The notes under the pieces were generated by a model, which saw nothing but the letters and a program-made list of their open reading frames with translations, searched no databases and was not told the DNA's origin. A stretch of 64,000 nt of DNA from an uncultured Gammaproteobacteria bacterium (GTDB lineage: Bacteria; Patescibacteriota; Microgenomatia; UBA8517), in contig CAZRJH010000002.1 in assembly GCA_964600575.1 (NCBI GenBank), forward strand, positions 53,627 to 117,626. The letters run 5' to 3'. The translations under genes and the position numbers were made by a program. Shown here piece by piece: positions 1 to 9,336 of the stretch (position 1 is the first letter of the stretch; each line of letters opens with the position of its first letter).

Positions 1-1043
1 ATACCAGGAATAAAGCCTCCGCCTTTTTGCAGATCTTCGGAAATTTTATCCGGATTAAAAACGACGGCGGTATAAAAGTAAGTAAAGCCAAATACCAAGA
101 CGAAATATGTAAGATTGTAAATAACTGATGACGGATTAAACGCAGTAGAGATAGTACGGGCAATATCTGCAACCATGACATTGGGGATATTTGCTAAAGA
201 CTGACCCAAAAGCGAAGGCACCAAAACCAAGGAAACGGCAAAAATTATAGGGATTACTCCAGCCTGGTTGAGTCTTAAAGGTAAATATGAGGTGGCAGCC
301 AGACCGGAATCTGTTCTCCTTTTTGCATAATGGATTGGGATTTGTCTTGCTGCCTCGCTAATAAAGATAACAAGTCCCACAATCACCACTGAAATAGCTA
401 CAAACAAAATCAGCTTGAGAATATCCTGGGATTGCACAGTACTTGCCGATTGCCCCAATATTACTGGCAGTCTTGCAACAATCCCTGTAAAAATAAGAAG
501 CGATACTCCGTTTTTGAATCCGTATTCACTAATTAACTCACCCAGCCATACCGAAAAAACCGTTCCCGCCGTCATGGTAATTACGAGTGAAAGGAGTGCC
601 AAAGGGTCGAGATTTGGTATTACATTTTGACCCTTAAGTAGTGCATACATACCAAAAGCTTGGAGTGCAGCCAAAGGTACAGTTAGAAGTCTTGTGTATT
701 GATTTATTTTTTCCTGGCCGTATTCGCCCTCCTTTTGTAAAGCTTCCAAGGAGGGAATAACATAACCCAAAAGTTGCAAGATAATAGACGCGTTGATATA
801 CGGGTTTAAGCCCAAAGCCAGAACCGAAAAGTTTGCAAGCGTTCCCCCGGAAAAGACATCTAAAAGAGAAAGGAGTGGACTACCCAAAAATAATGCGGTT
901 AAAGTTGACCTGTCGATTCCAGCCGCTGGAATATGTCCTGCTAAACGAAAAACTATCAGAATAATAGCCGTTACTATCAGCTTTTTTCTGATTGCCGGAG
1001 TTGTTACCGCTTTTTTGAAAAAATTAAGAACCGACTGAAACAT
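1..1043 (-). CDS. secY: Preprotein translocase SecY (5' part; runs off the left edge)
   Basis: ATG at 1043 opens [21 protein letters not shown]...; contains [41 protein letters not shown] and [12 protein letters not shown]. Not in the ORF track because it has no stop in the window. Confidence 0.97.
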   Translation of the reverse strand, partial: MFQSVLNFFKKAVTTPAIRKKLIVTAIILIVFRLAGHIPAAGIDRSTLTALFLGSPLLSLLDVFSGGTLANFSVLALGLNPYINASIILQLLGYVIPSLEALQKEGEYGQEKINQYTRLLTVPLAALQAFGMYALLKGQNVIPNLDPLALLSLVITMTAGTVFSVWLGELISEYGFKNGVSLLIFTGIVARLPVILGQSASTVQSQDILKLILFVAISVVIVGLVIFISEAARQIPIHYAKRRTDSGLAATSYLPLRLNQAGVIPIIFAVSLVLVPSLLGQSLANIPNVMVADIARTISTAFNPSSVIYNLTYFVLVFGFTYFYTAVVFNPDKISEDLQKGGGFIPG

Positions 1044-1094
1044 ATTGAAGTTGAATTATAGCTTAATCATTTTATCAATTCCAGACCTCAAGTG

Positions 1095-1595
1095 CTAATT
1101 TGTTTTTTCCATTACATATTCTATTGCATCTTTTCCGTTACCCATTTTGAAATTTTGTTGACCTTTTACCACAAATCCGAATTTTTTATAAAGATTAACT
1201 GCTGCAATCTGATCTTTGTTAACTGTTAAAGCAACTTTCTTTAAATATTGTTTAGAAGAAAGTTCATCGAGAAGTTTTTGCATTAAAAGTTTAGATATAC
1301 CCCTACCGCGCTCTTCCAAGGGCACATAAACAGAAATAACTGTAGCGGTATCTTTAGACTCTTTTTCCATATAGGCTCCAATCATACCTTTAAGGGTCTT
1401 ATTTTCTTCGGCAAAATAAAGCCAATTTCTATCCGAATTTTCGGCATTTATTAACCTCCTCCTCCATTCTTCTTCGGTATATTTTGCATTATCATCATAC
1501 GAAGCGCCAAAAGCCTGAGGATCTTCTTTTAAAGCTCTGAGTCGTACCTCTTTATACTGCTGCCACCTACTTACAGGAAGTTTTATTATTTCCAT
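1095..1595 (-). CDS. GNAT-family N-acetyltransferase
   Basis: Acetyl-CoA motif VYVPLEERGRGISKLLM and N..AVNLYKKFGF; N-terminal RLRALKEDPQAFG is typical of this subfamily. Confidence 0.9.
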   Translation of the reverse strand: MEIIKLPVSRWQQYKEVRLRALKEDPQAFGASYDDNAKYTEEEWRRRLINAENSDRNWLYFAEENKTLKGMIGAYMEKESKDTATVISVYVPLEERGRGISKLLMQKLLDELSSKQYLKKVALTVNKDQIAAVNLYKKFGFVVKGQQNFKMGNGKDAIEYVMEKTN

Positions 1596-2167
1596 TTCTT
1601 TCCAATCTTTGACTGGGTCAATAGATAAATAGTTGTGTTAAATATTGTCACATAAATCATAAAGCCCGAATTTAGAAAAGTAACTTGCTTAAGCGTTGTT
1701 AAAACTAAAATTTCTCCTATTACGGGCATTAGCCATGGCCAAGCTAGCTCGGTCTCGGGGTGCTTGTATGTTTTAACAAGGGTGGGAATTCCTGCTAAAA
1801 AGTCAGATATGATACTTAGCAATATAGCCAAGTAACCTTCTTTTGTAACCTGCCACAATACAAATCCGCTCAAGGAAAGCGCTCCACAAAGAAAATCGAA
1901 ACCTGTAAGTTTCCAAACCGATTTTTTATTTACAAAAGTTGCCAGGAAAATTAAAAGTGGAAAAAAACCGACACTAAAAGTCATGAGGCTTTCCATTCCG
2001 CCGCCATTTTTGATATTTGCATAAGCAGAAATTAATGGAGGAAGGGCCCACAATATAAAAGAAACTCTATTGGGTTTTATTTTGCCCTTTACAACTTCGA
2101 CTAGATAAACAAACGAACCGACTGCACCAATTAATGTTGCCAGTATAACAATTTTTGAAGCATCCAT
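1586..2167 (-). CDS. Multi-pass membrane protein (about 6-7 TM, possibly PQ-loop/SWEET-like)
   Basis: Hydrophobic segments throughout; two loop motifs, KPNRVSF.LW and PTLVKTYKHPETE. The transporter assignment is inference. Confidence 0.6.
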   Translation of the reverse strand: MDASKIVILATLIGAVGSFVYLVEVVKGKIKPNRVSFILWALPPLISAYANIKNGGGMESLMTFSVGFFPLLIFLATFVNKKSVWKLTGFDFLCGALSLSGFVLWQVTKEGYLAILLSIISDFLAGIPTLVKTYKHPETELAWPWLMPVIGEILVLTTLKQVTFLNSGFMIYVTIFNTTIYLLTQSKIGKKWK

Positions 2168-2183
2168 TTGTTAAAATTATAAC

Positions 2184-3152
2184 TTAGAAGTTAGCAAGTT
2201 CTTCTTCCAATTTTCGTTTAGAATATTTTAATCCTGATATATTTCTTTCCGATCCGTAGTAATCGATTAAATCTATTGAAAGATTGAGTCTGAGTAGGCT
2301 CATCTTTTTGTTAAAATCTCCCGATAATACGGCCTTATTTTGATATCCTTCTAGGAACCATTCCAAAGGAAAAGCTCCTGAATAAAAAAAGTCTAGCCAG
2401 GCAATATCTCTTACAGGGTCTCCTCCTTTGGCGTCTTCGAAATCAATTATCCCCGTTATTACCTTGCCGTCGGTTAAAATATGCTTGGGGCTAAAATCTC
2501 CATGGAGAGTAAAAGGGGTATCAATCTCCATCACACCTCTATTTTTTCTTTGTATATCGAAAGCTTTTTCTAAGACTTCGGGCAAAAGCCCGACAGTTGA
2601 GGCGAAATCAAAAATTCGCGGTTTGTTTTCTTCGAAACGAAATAAAAAATCCGTCCATTTGGAGTAGAAGGCGCTCCTATCCAACGGTCCAAATCTATCT
2701 GTCTCTATGGCGTGAATTTTAGAAAGAATGGCTCCTGAATCGTAAACTATTTTTTTAAGATCTTCCTGAGGTATTGTCTTTAAAATGTCTTTAAGGGGAC
2801 TCCCTTCTATTTTTTCTTCTATACAAAAAGTTAGATCTTCGGTTTCGGTTGAGGCAGATTCTATCAATAAAACTTTAGGGGCAGGCACACCCGCCTGAAG
2901 CGCTAGTCTAATAACCGTTTCTTCCGTTTCAAAATTTTGCGGCCCAAGACGAGAGATTCTAACAATAATATTCTGGGAAGGTGTTTTTGCTTCATATACC
3001 TCGTTTACTTCACCCTGAACTATTTTGCGTAGAGATGAGGCTTCGCTCCCTACCGCTTTAAGAACCATCGAATTAACTAGACTTTCCGGGGTTGTAAAAC
3101 CTTTATGTTTTTCTTCCAAATATTTTTTATATGGGTCTTCCTGATGTGCCAC
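2184..3152 (-). CDS. Aminoglycoside/choline phosphotransferase (APH)-family kinase
   Basis: GEVNEVY loop, GVPAPKV, HGDFSPKHIL and IIDFEDA motifs. Start moved to GTG 3152, which lies 5 nt after TGC-TATACT (ORF track uses 3167). Confidence 0.88.
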   Translation of the reverse strand: MAHQEDPYKKYLEEKHKGFTTPESLVNSMVLKAVGSEASSLRKIVQGEVNEVYEAKTPSQNIIVRISRLGPQNFETEETVIRLALQAGVPAPKVLLIESASTETEDLTFCIEEKIEGSPLKDILKTIPQEDLKKIVYDSGAILSKIHAIETDRFGPLDRSAFYSKWTDFLFRFEENKPRIFDFASTVGLLPEVLEKAFDIQRKNRGVMEIDTPFTLHGDFSPKHILTDGKVITGIIDFEDAKGGDPVRDIAWLDFFYSGAFPLEWFLEGYQNKAVLSGDFNKKMSLLRLNLSIDLIDYYGSERNISGLKYSKRKLEEELANF

Positions 3153-3173
3153 AAACCAGTATAGCAATACTTT

Positions 3174-3773
3174 CTATAGTATATTGAGTTCTCGAAGTTG
3201 GTCTCTGAGATTTGAGATTTCGTCACATTTAATTACCGAAAAACCGATACCTTTTGCAGCATCTATATTTGCTTGAGCGTCATCGATAAAAACAACCTCT
3301 TCTGGTTTTACGCCAAGTTTGTCAGAAAAATCCAGAAATGCCTCTTTTGTTGGTTTGGCAAAACCTGTTTCGGCAGATACCAAAATTAGATCTGCAATAT
3401 TTTTGAGATTTCCTTTCTCTCTTATAATTTTTGCTCCTTCTTTTGTGTCGTTGGATAGCACCCCAACTTTGTAACCTTTTGATTTAATCTCCCTGAGTAA
3501 ATCAATCATACCTGTATTAAGTTCTCGGGGAGCATCCACCACACCCATTAGCTGCTCATAGAATTCTGTCTTTTTTAAATCTTTTAGGATAGTTTTCCAA
3601 AAAATCTCTTTGGGCATTTTTCCCGAGTTAAATAACAGGTTGTATTTAAGATAGACCTGTCTAAAATCTGGGTAGGATACACCCAAAACACTGGAGACTT
3701 TTTCGTGAAACTTTTTTGCGGAATCGCCTGATATAACACCCGTATAATCAAAACCGACTGCTTTATATTTCAT
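3174..3773 (-). CDS. HAD-superfamily phosphatase (YihX/subfamily IA-like)
   Basis: Motif I FDYTGVI, motif II LSN, motif III KP, motif IV FIDD...N. Confidence 0.9.
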   Translation of the reverse strand: MKYKAVGFDYTGVISGDSAKKFHEKVSSVLGVSYPDFRQVYLKYNLLFNSGKMPKEIFWKTILKDLKKTEFYEQLMGVVDAPRELNTGMIDLLREIKSKGYKVGVLSNDTKEGAKIIREKGNLKNIADLILVSAETGFAKPTKEAFLDFSDKLGVKPEEVVFIDDAQANIDAAKGIGFSVIKCDEISNLRDQLRELNIL

Positions 3774-3788
3774 AATTGAAGTGTAACA

Positions 3789-4217
3789 CTATATGTTTTG
3801 AAATCTCCCATCTTCATACGGCGGGTAGCAGACTTCAAAAACTGTAAGCGTGGAATCTTCCGAAGCCTTCCATTGCATAGCATCTCCTACTTCTACAACA
3901 ACAGATAAATATTCCGTCGGTTTGTCTTCCACCAAAAACCTTTCTTCTGAACCGTTTTGCCTTAATATCGTTAAAACTCCCGAACCAGAAACATAACCTT
4001 CTATTGTTTTTTCGCCACTCAAGACTCTTTGTAAAGGAGTTTTGCAATCCGGTTCGATTTTTATAATTGCCAAATCCTTCTTTTTATCTGCCCAAAAACT
4101 ATAAACATCACAAGTTACACCTTCGGTAACATTATCAGTTTTTACATAATCCACAGGCAAAATCATTCCTTCAAATTCAAATTTTGTTAAAAAATCGTTT
4201 GGTTTTAGAGTTTCCAT
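3789..4217 (-). CDS. Cupin-fold protein
   Basis: Beta-rich pattern TPLQRV...EGYVSGSGVLTI...VEVGDAMQWKA...VFEVCYPPY resembles cupin motifs 1 and 2, without the canonical His ligands. Confidence 0.6.
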   Translation of the reverse strand: METLKPNDFLTKFEFEGMILPVDYVKTDNVTEGVTCDVYSFWADKKKDLAIIKIEPDCKTPLQRVLSGEKTIEGYVSGSGVLTILRQNGSEERFLVEDKPTEYLSVVVEVGDAMQWKASEDSTLTVFEVCYPPYEDGRFQNI

Positions 4218-4218
4218 A

Positions 4219-4695
4219 TTAATGTTTTACATTATCTACCAAAAAACTTCGCAAATGGGTGATTGCACGATCCTTATCTATATTACTTATTCCGTAGGTT
4301 TTTCCGTCCCAATTTATACCAGCCATTGTAGAAAGCGTAGAAACCGATACATCTTCGTTTCCTTGAAAAAATATCGGAACAACACGCTTCTTCTTTTCTA
4401 CTTTTAAAGTTATTGCTTTATAAAGTGCATCTTTCACCGGGCCATCTTCTTTCATTGCAACAGAGGGAATTATTAAAACTGCAGGACAGTTGTCCATTGT
4501 TCTATCAACATCCTCTTCCAAGACACTGCCTTTAATGGAGTCGTTTATATCGATTACAACAAAGCCTTCTTTGGAAAGATCGTCTTTTACACTGGAAGCT
4601 ATCTCCTGCGAGTCTTTAGGGGAGTAAACAAGAAGAAATGCACTTCGCTCTATTTTTTCTTTTTCTTTGCCAACCAGTGTTGGGCTTTCGGTCAT
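4219..4695 (-). CDS. Stand-alone TIR-like domain protein
   Basis: FLLVYSPKDSQEIASSVKDDLSKEGFVV, then CPAVLIIPS, then PVKDALYKAI, then KRVVPIFF follows the TIR_2 betaA-alphaA-betaB-betaC-alphaC-betaD pattern. Confidence 0.7.
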   Translation of the reverse strand: MTESPTLVGKEKEKIERSAFLLVYSPKDSQEIASSVKDDLSKEGFVVIDINDSIKGSVLEEDVDRTMDNCPAVLIIPSVAMKEDGPVKDALYKAITLKVEKKKRVVPIFFQGNEDVSVSTLSTMAGINWDGKTYGISNIDKDRAITHLRSFLVDNVKH

Positions 4696-4700
4696 AATGA

Positions 4701-5108
4701 TTATTTAACAACCGATTTGGATGTGGGGACTTTGAATGTAAATTTTTTGGAAGAACTGCCGCCTCCTAAAACTTTTACTCCAAATTTCTTTGCCAAAGTT
4801 GAATCTACTATTTTTTCTTTGATCAAAAGATCTAAAGTGACCTCTGATCCTGTAGGGAGGATGTCTAGATCGGTGAGCGTTAAAAGGACAGGCTTGCCGC
4901 TGCCTTTAAACTTTCCTTTTCCTCTTTGTAGAGGAAGCCGCTTAAGTAAAGATTTTTTAACTTTCATTCCCTCGAAAAGAACACCTATTCCTCCGCGAGA
5001 TTTTTGTCCTTTTTGGCCACGGCTTGATGTGTGACCACCCTTACCTGTTCCAAGGCCTCTTCCGAGTCTTTTTTTTGATTTGGTTACAACTTTTGGTAAT
5101 TTATTCAT
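4701..5108 (-). CDS. rplO: 50S ribosomal protein L15
   Basis: KRLGRGLGTGKGGHTSSRGQKGQKSR...FEG. Confidence 0.97.
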   Translation of the reverse strand: MNKLPKVVTKSKKRLGRGLGTGKGGHTSSRGQKGQKSRGGIGVLFEGMKVKKSLLKRLPLQRGKGKFKGSGKPVLLTLTDLDILPTGSEVTLDLLIKEKIVDSTLAKKFGVKVLGGGSSSKKFTFKVPTSKSVVK

Positions 5109-5110
5109 GG

Positions 5111-5617
5111 TTATTTAGTTTCTGCCTTTGGTTCTTTTTTCTTCATCTCTACAAGATGTGAGACTTGTTCCAAAGCTTTAAGAGTTGCGTAAACGTTAGA
5201 AATTTTATTTTTGGTTCCCAAAATTTTCCCTACAGCATCTCTTATACCCGCCGCTTCCAAAACAACTCTCATTGGTCCGCCTGCGATAATACCCGATCCC
5301 GGAGGAGCCGGTTTCAAAAGAATTTTTGCTGCTGAATATTTTTCGCTAACCGAATAAGGGATGGTTGTTCCGGTTAAAGGAACATCTATTAGTTTTCTTT
5401 TTGCGGCTTCAATCGACTTTCTAATAGCGTTTCTTACATCGTGAGCTTTAGCCATACCAACCCCTACTCTTCCTTTCCTGTTACCCACAACTATTAATGC
5501 CGAAAACCTCATTGTGTTTCCACCTTTGGTTTTTTTGGAGATCCTATTAATTTGAACAACTGTCTCCTCGTATTCTTTTGGTGCTTGGTTTGCGTAGCTT
5601 TTATTAAAATTTGCCAT
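5111..5617 (-). CDS. rpsE: 30S ribosomal protein S5
   Basis: RISKKTKGG..MRFSALIVVGN; LKPAPPGSGIIAGG. Confidence 0.98.
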   Translation of the reverse strand: MANFNKSYANQAPKEYEETVVQINRISKKTKGGNTMRFSALIVVGNRKGRVGVGMAKAHDVRNAIRKSIEAAKRKLIDVPLTGTTIPYSVSEKYSAAKILLKPAPPGSGIIAGGPMRVVLEAAGIRDAVGKILGTKNKISNVYATLKALEQVSHLVEMKKKEPKAETK

Positions 5618-5621
5618 GTTT

Positions 5622-5981
5622 TTAGAAATCTAATCCCCCTTTTCTGGCACCGTCTGCCAGAGCCTTTATTCTTCCGTGATAAATAAATCCGTTCCTATCA
5701 AAAATTACTTTTTTAACCTTTTTGGCAACCCCCAGCTTTGCCAACTCTTCTCCAACAGATTCTGCAACCTGAGATTTGGTCATTTTATCCGATTTTTTGA
5801 GTTTTAGATCGGAAAAAGATGCCAAAGTAACTGCTTTAATATCATCAATAAGTTGTCCGTAGATGTGTGAATTAGACCTGAACACAGAAAGACGGGGTCT
5901 GTCCGATGTGCCTATAATTTTAGACCTCACACTCGTCTTTCTTCTTTCGTATCTTTTGGATTTAAGTTGAATTATTTTCAT
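5622..5981 (-). CDS. rplR: 50S ribosomal protein L18
   Basis: RPRLSVFRSNSHIYGQLIDD; FDRNGFIYHGRIKALADGARKGGL. Confidence 0.98.
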   Translation of the reverse strand: MKIIQLKSKRYERRKTSVRSKIIGTSDRPRLSVFRSNSHIYGQLIDDIKAVTLASFSDLKLKKSDKMTKSQVAESVGEELAKLGVAKKVKKVIFDRNGFIYHGRIKALADGARKGGLDF

Positions 5982-5996
5982 AGTTTTATTAGCTCT

Positions 5997-6545
5997 TTAT
6001 GCTCCAGTTGTCTTGGCTGCAGCCTTACCAGGCTTTCTTCTTATAACTTCGTCTACATATTTAATTCCTTTTCCTTTATATGGTTCTGGTGGTCTTACAC
6101 CTCTGATGTTGGCTGCAATTTGACCTACTACAACTCTGTCGCAACCTTCTACGGTTACTACCAGCTTTTCTACTTTAAAAGTTATTCCTTCCGGTGCTTC
6201 TATTTTAACCGGGTGTGAATATCCTACAGTTAAGGTTAAGGTTTTACCCGAAACTTCGGCACGGAATCCGGTTCCAACAAGCTCCAGCTGTCTACTCCAA
6301 CCTGTGCTAACTCCTTTAACGCTATTGTTAACTAAAGATCTAATTGTTCCGTGAAGACTGGAATAAAATTTTCCTGTTCCCTTTACATTAACAAGCGCTT
6401 CTCCCTCTTTGACTTCGACACTAACTCCTGCAGGGAGAGCCACGTTCAAAGTTCCCTTTGGTCCAGTTATCTTAACATTAGAAACACTAGGTTCTACTGT
6501 TACACCTTGGGCTATTTTAACCGGTTGTCTTCCAATTTTTGACAT
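5997..6545 (-). CDS. rplF: 50S ribosomal protein L6
   Basis: MSKIGRQPV; RPPEPYKGKGIKY. Confidence 0.98.
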   Translation of the reverse strand: MSKIGRQPVKIAQGVTVEPSVSNVKITGPKGTLNVALPAGVSVEVKEGEALVNVKGTGKFYSSLHGTIRSLVNNSVKGVSTGWSRQLELVGTGFRAEVSGKTLTLTVGYSHPVKIEAPEGITFKVEKLVVTVEGCDRVVVGQIAANIRGVRPPEPYKGKGIKYVDEVIRRKPGKAAAKTTGA

Positions 6546-6547
6546 AT

Positions 6548-6955
6548 TTACCAGATTTCGGCTATAACTTCTCCGCCAACTCTCTTTTTAACTGCTTCTT
6601 TGGAGGATACAACTCCCAAAGGTGTAGAGATTATAAGTAGTGATGGTCCTTTTTTTGCCGCTATTTCGTCAATGTTCTTATAGACCCTAAGACCCGGCTT
6701 GGAAACTAGTTTTAAATCCATAACAATCGGTCTTTTGTTTTTGTAGGCCAAAGACAAACTAAGATTTAAGCCGTCTTTTTTGACCTCGTCTAGATAACCA
6801 AGTTTCTTGAGAGTTTCGGCTATGGCCATGTTGTGCTTTGTATATCTAGTAACCAAAGACTTATTCTTAGCCATAGAGCAGTTTTTGATTTTGATTAGGA
6901 AGTCGCCTACTCCGTAGTTAACTGTTCCATGTTTGATTATTTCTTGTTTTTTCAT
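6548..6955 (-). CDS. rpsH: 30S ribosomal protein S8
   Basis: DFLIKIKN; VSKPGLRVY; ISTPLGV...GGEVIAEIW. Start moved to ATG 6955 to avoid overlap with rpsN. Confidence 0.95.
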   Translation of the reverse strand: MKKQEIIKHGTVNYGVGDFLIKIKNCSMAKNKSLVTRYTKHNMAIAETLKKLGYLDEVKKDGLNLSLSLAYKNKRPIVMDLKLVSKPGLRVYKNIDEIAAKKGPSLLIISTPLGVVSSKEAVKKRVGGEVIAEIW

Positions 6956-6962
6956 ATAAGTA

Positions 6963-7148
6963 TTACCAGCTTGCCTTTCTGACACCAGGAATTTCACCTT
7001 TTAGTGCATGTTCTCTAAAACAGAGTCTGCAGATTCCATATCTTCGCAAGTATCCTCTGCTTCTGCCGCAAATTCGGCACCTGTTGCGGTACCTAATCGC
7101 GTATTTAAGTTTTTTTGTTTCTCTTACTTCCTTTGCTGTTGTTGCCAT
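6963..7148 (-). CDS. rpsN: 30S ribosomal protein S14, Zn-binding type Z
   Basis: 61 aa; RCRICGR...ICRLCFRE...IPGVRKASW. Confidence 0.97.
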   Translation of the reverse strand: MATTAKEVRETKKLKYAIRYRNRCRICGRSRGYLRRYGICRLCFREHALKGEIPGVRKASW

Positions 7149-7166
7149 AATATTATTTTTCTAGTT

Positions 7167-7748
7167 TTAGCCTTGCGGTTTTGCAAAAGGCATTCCCATC
7201 AATTCTAAAAGTCTTCTGGATTTTACCACGTTTATGCCCGATTTATCGGCGTGATCTGCCCCGGATACAACAACCGTTACCTCCATACCGTGCGGTTGTG
7301 CACTTTTGGTTGGATCTATTTCGGGAAAAACGGTATGCTCTTGAAATCCTAGTGTGTAATTTCCGGCTTGATCAAAGGATTTATCCGAAACTCCTCTAAA
7401 GTCTCTAAGACGGGGTAGAGTTATTGAGACCAGCCTATCATAAAAAGAGTACATAGAAGCACCTCTGAGGGTTACTGAGAGGCCTACAGGCTGCCCTTCG
7501 CGTAGGGAGAAGCTTGCAATAGACACTTTTGAGTTTCTAACAGATGCGGCTTGCCCTGTCATTGAGGCTAAATCCTTTTTGAGAGCATCCATCTGAGCCT
7601 GATTCTTTGAAAGTTTTCCGACACCCATATTCACAACAATTTTGGCTATTTTAGGCACTGCCAAATCGTGTTTGATTCCAAACTCCTTTTTGAGCGCGTC
7701 TTTGACCTCTTTTTCGTATTTAACTTGTAATCTTTGTTTGTTTTCCAT
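7167..7748 (-). CDS. rplE: 50S ribosomal protein L5
   Basis: KIVVNMGVG; LPRLRDFRG; GNYTLGFQEHTVFPEI. Start moved to ATG 7748. Confidence 0.97.
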   Translation of the reverse strand: MENKQRLQVKYEKEVKDALKKEFGIKHDLAVPKIAKIVVNMGVGKLSKNQAQMDALKKDLASMTGQAASVRNSKVSIASFSLREGQPVGLSVTLRGASMYSFYDRLVSITLPRLRDFRGVSDKSFDQAGNYTLGFQEHTVFPEIDPTKSAQPHGMEVTVVVSGADHADKSGINVVKSRRLLELMGMPFAKPQG

Positions 7749-7756
7749 TTTTAGAA

Positions 7757-8071
7757 TTATTTGTTGTCTATTTCTTTTCCGCATTTTCGGCAAACTCTCA
7801 CTTTATCTTTACCTGCAAATTTAAAACCAACTCTGGTAATCTTTTTGCATTTTGGACAAACCAAGGCTATTTTACCAAAGCCTAAAGCTCTCGGAATTTC
7901 GTAAATTCCGCCTTTTACATCTCCAAAACCTTTAACGTGTTTTTTGTACAAGTTGACTCCAGGCACGACGGCTTTGGATTCTTCGGGATAGATTTTTTCG
8001 ATCTTTCCCTCGCGGCCTTTGTCTTTACCTGCTGTTATTTTGACTGTGTCTCCTAGTTTTAATTTGAGCAT
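7757..8071 (-). CDS. rplX: 50S ribosomal protein L24 (with CxxC...CxxC)
   Basis: KOW motif GDTVKITAGKDKGREG; CPKC...CRKC. Confidence 0.97.
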   Translation of the reverse strand: MLKLKLGDTVKITAGKDKGREGKIEKIYPEESKAVVPGVNLYKKHVKGFGDVKGGIYEIPRALGFGKIALVCPKCKKITRVGFKFAGKDKVRVCRKCGKEIDNK

Positions 8072-8077
8072 ATTTTT

Positions 8078-8443
8078 TTAGATAACCTCTCTGGCTAAAG
8101 ATGCGATCTTATTGTAACCTGCGTCTTTAACTTCACGGGCAACGGGACCTAAAATTCTAGTACCTCTTGGGAGTCCTTGTTTATCGATTACTACTCCCGC
8201 GTTATCGTCGAATCTTACATAACTACCGTCTTTTCTTCCTACTTCTTTTCTGGTTCTGACTATTAGAACCTTAACTTTCTCATGATCTTGGACCACTCCC
8301 GTAGGATCTGCGCCCTTGACTACACAAAGCACAACATCTCCCAGGGTGGCAACTTTACCAACTCTGCCCGGGACACCAATAATTTGGAGTCTTTTTGCTC
8401 CGCTGTTATCTGCAGGGTTAAGCATGGTTCTAAGCTGTACCAT
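8078..8443 (-). CDS. rplN: 50S ribosomal protein L14
   Basis: ADNSGAK; RFDDNAGVVI; PRGTRILGPVARE. Confidence 0.98.
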   Translation of the reverse strand: MVQLRTMLNPADNSGAKRLQIIGVPGRVGKVATLGDVVLCVVKGADPTGVVQDHEKVKVLIVRTRKEVGRKDGSYVRFDDNAGVVIDKQGLPRGTRILGPVAREVKDAGYNKIASLAREVI

Positions 8444-8689
8444 TTACTTTTTTCCCCCTTTCTCTTTAACCACTTCTAACACTTTCCATTTTTTGGATTT
8501 TGAGTAGGGCTTACTTGCCGTAAATTTAACCATGTCTCCTACTTGGACATTAAGTTCATCGTGCACTTGATATTTTGTGTCACGCCTAAATCTTTTTTGG
8601 TATAAAGGATGAACTATTACTCTTTCTACAGCTATTGTTGCCGTGTTTGTCATTTTTTTGCCGATTACTTTTCCTTTAAAAATTTTCAT
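8444..8689 (-). CDS. rpsQ: 30S ribosomal protein S17
   Basis: HPLYQK...VHDE...GDMV...KPYSKSKKW. Confidence 0.96.
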   Translation of the reverse strand: MKIFKGKVIGKKMTNTATIAVERVIVHPLYQKRFRRDTKYQVHDELNVQVGDMVKFTASKPYSKSKKWKVLEVVKEKGGKK

Positions 8690-8691
8690 AA

Positions 8692-8919
8692 TTATTTGGT
8701 TCCAACCTCCTTCAAAGCTTCCACTATCTCTTTTTGTTTAACCAATGTCAAAATTTGTGCAATATCACGTCGTAGATTTGCGACTACTTTAAGATTCTTT
8801 TCTTTTCCTCCTGCAATTTCCATCTGTTTTTTAGCAGCTTCGTTAGTTTTGGCGGAAACCATCTTAAGCAAATCTTTAACTGATTTTGATTTTAAATCTG
8901 TGTAATCTTTCTTTTTCAT
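8692..8919 (-). CDS. rpmC: 50S ribosomal protein L29
   Basis: LRRDIAQILT motif; position between rplP and rpsQ. Confidence 0.93.
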   Translation of the reverse strand: MKKKDYTDLKSKSVKDLLKMVSAKTNEAAKKQMEIAGGKEKNLKVVANLRRDIAQILTLVKQKEIVEALKEVGTK

Positions 8920-8920
8920 A

Positions 8921-9331
8921 TTAGTCTTCTCTTGTTACAATCTTTACGTCTATGGGCAACTTTGCTGATGCTCTTTTGAAAGCTGTTCTGACAATTTCTT
9001 CTGCTGCTCCTGCTACTTCGAAAAGAATCATTCCAGGTTTAACAACTGCAACATAAGTTGAAATATCTCCCTTTCCTCCACCCATTCTTTTTCCTGCCGG
9101 CCTGCTTGTGATGGGCTTGTCCGGAAAAATTCTAATCCAAACACGGCCACCTCTTTTAAGGTTGTGGGTTATGCTTCTTCTGGCTGCTTCTATTTGGGCC
9201 GATGTTATCCAAGAAACCTCCTGTGCCTTTAGTGCAAACTCGCCAAAAGCCATTTTGGCACCTCGGGTTGCAAGACCTCGCCTTCGACCTCTAAATTCTT
9301 TAACAAATTTTCTTCTTTTTGGTTGCATCAT
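8921..9331 (-). CDS. rplP: 50S ribosomal protein L16
   Basis: QIEAARR; WIRIFPDKPIT; RMGGGKG. Confidence 0.98.
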   Translation of the reverse strand: MMQPKRRKFVKEFRGRRRGLATRGAKMAFGEFALKAQEVSWITSAQIEAARRSITHNLKRGGRVWIRIFPDKPITSRPAGKRMGGGKGDISTYVAVVKPGMILFEVAGAAEEIVRTAFKRASAKLPIDVKIVTRED

Positions 9332-9336
9332 AATTA

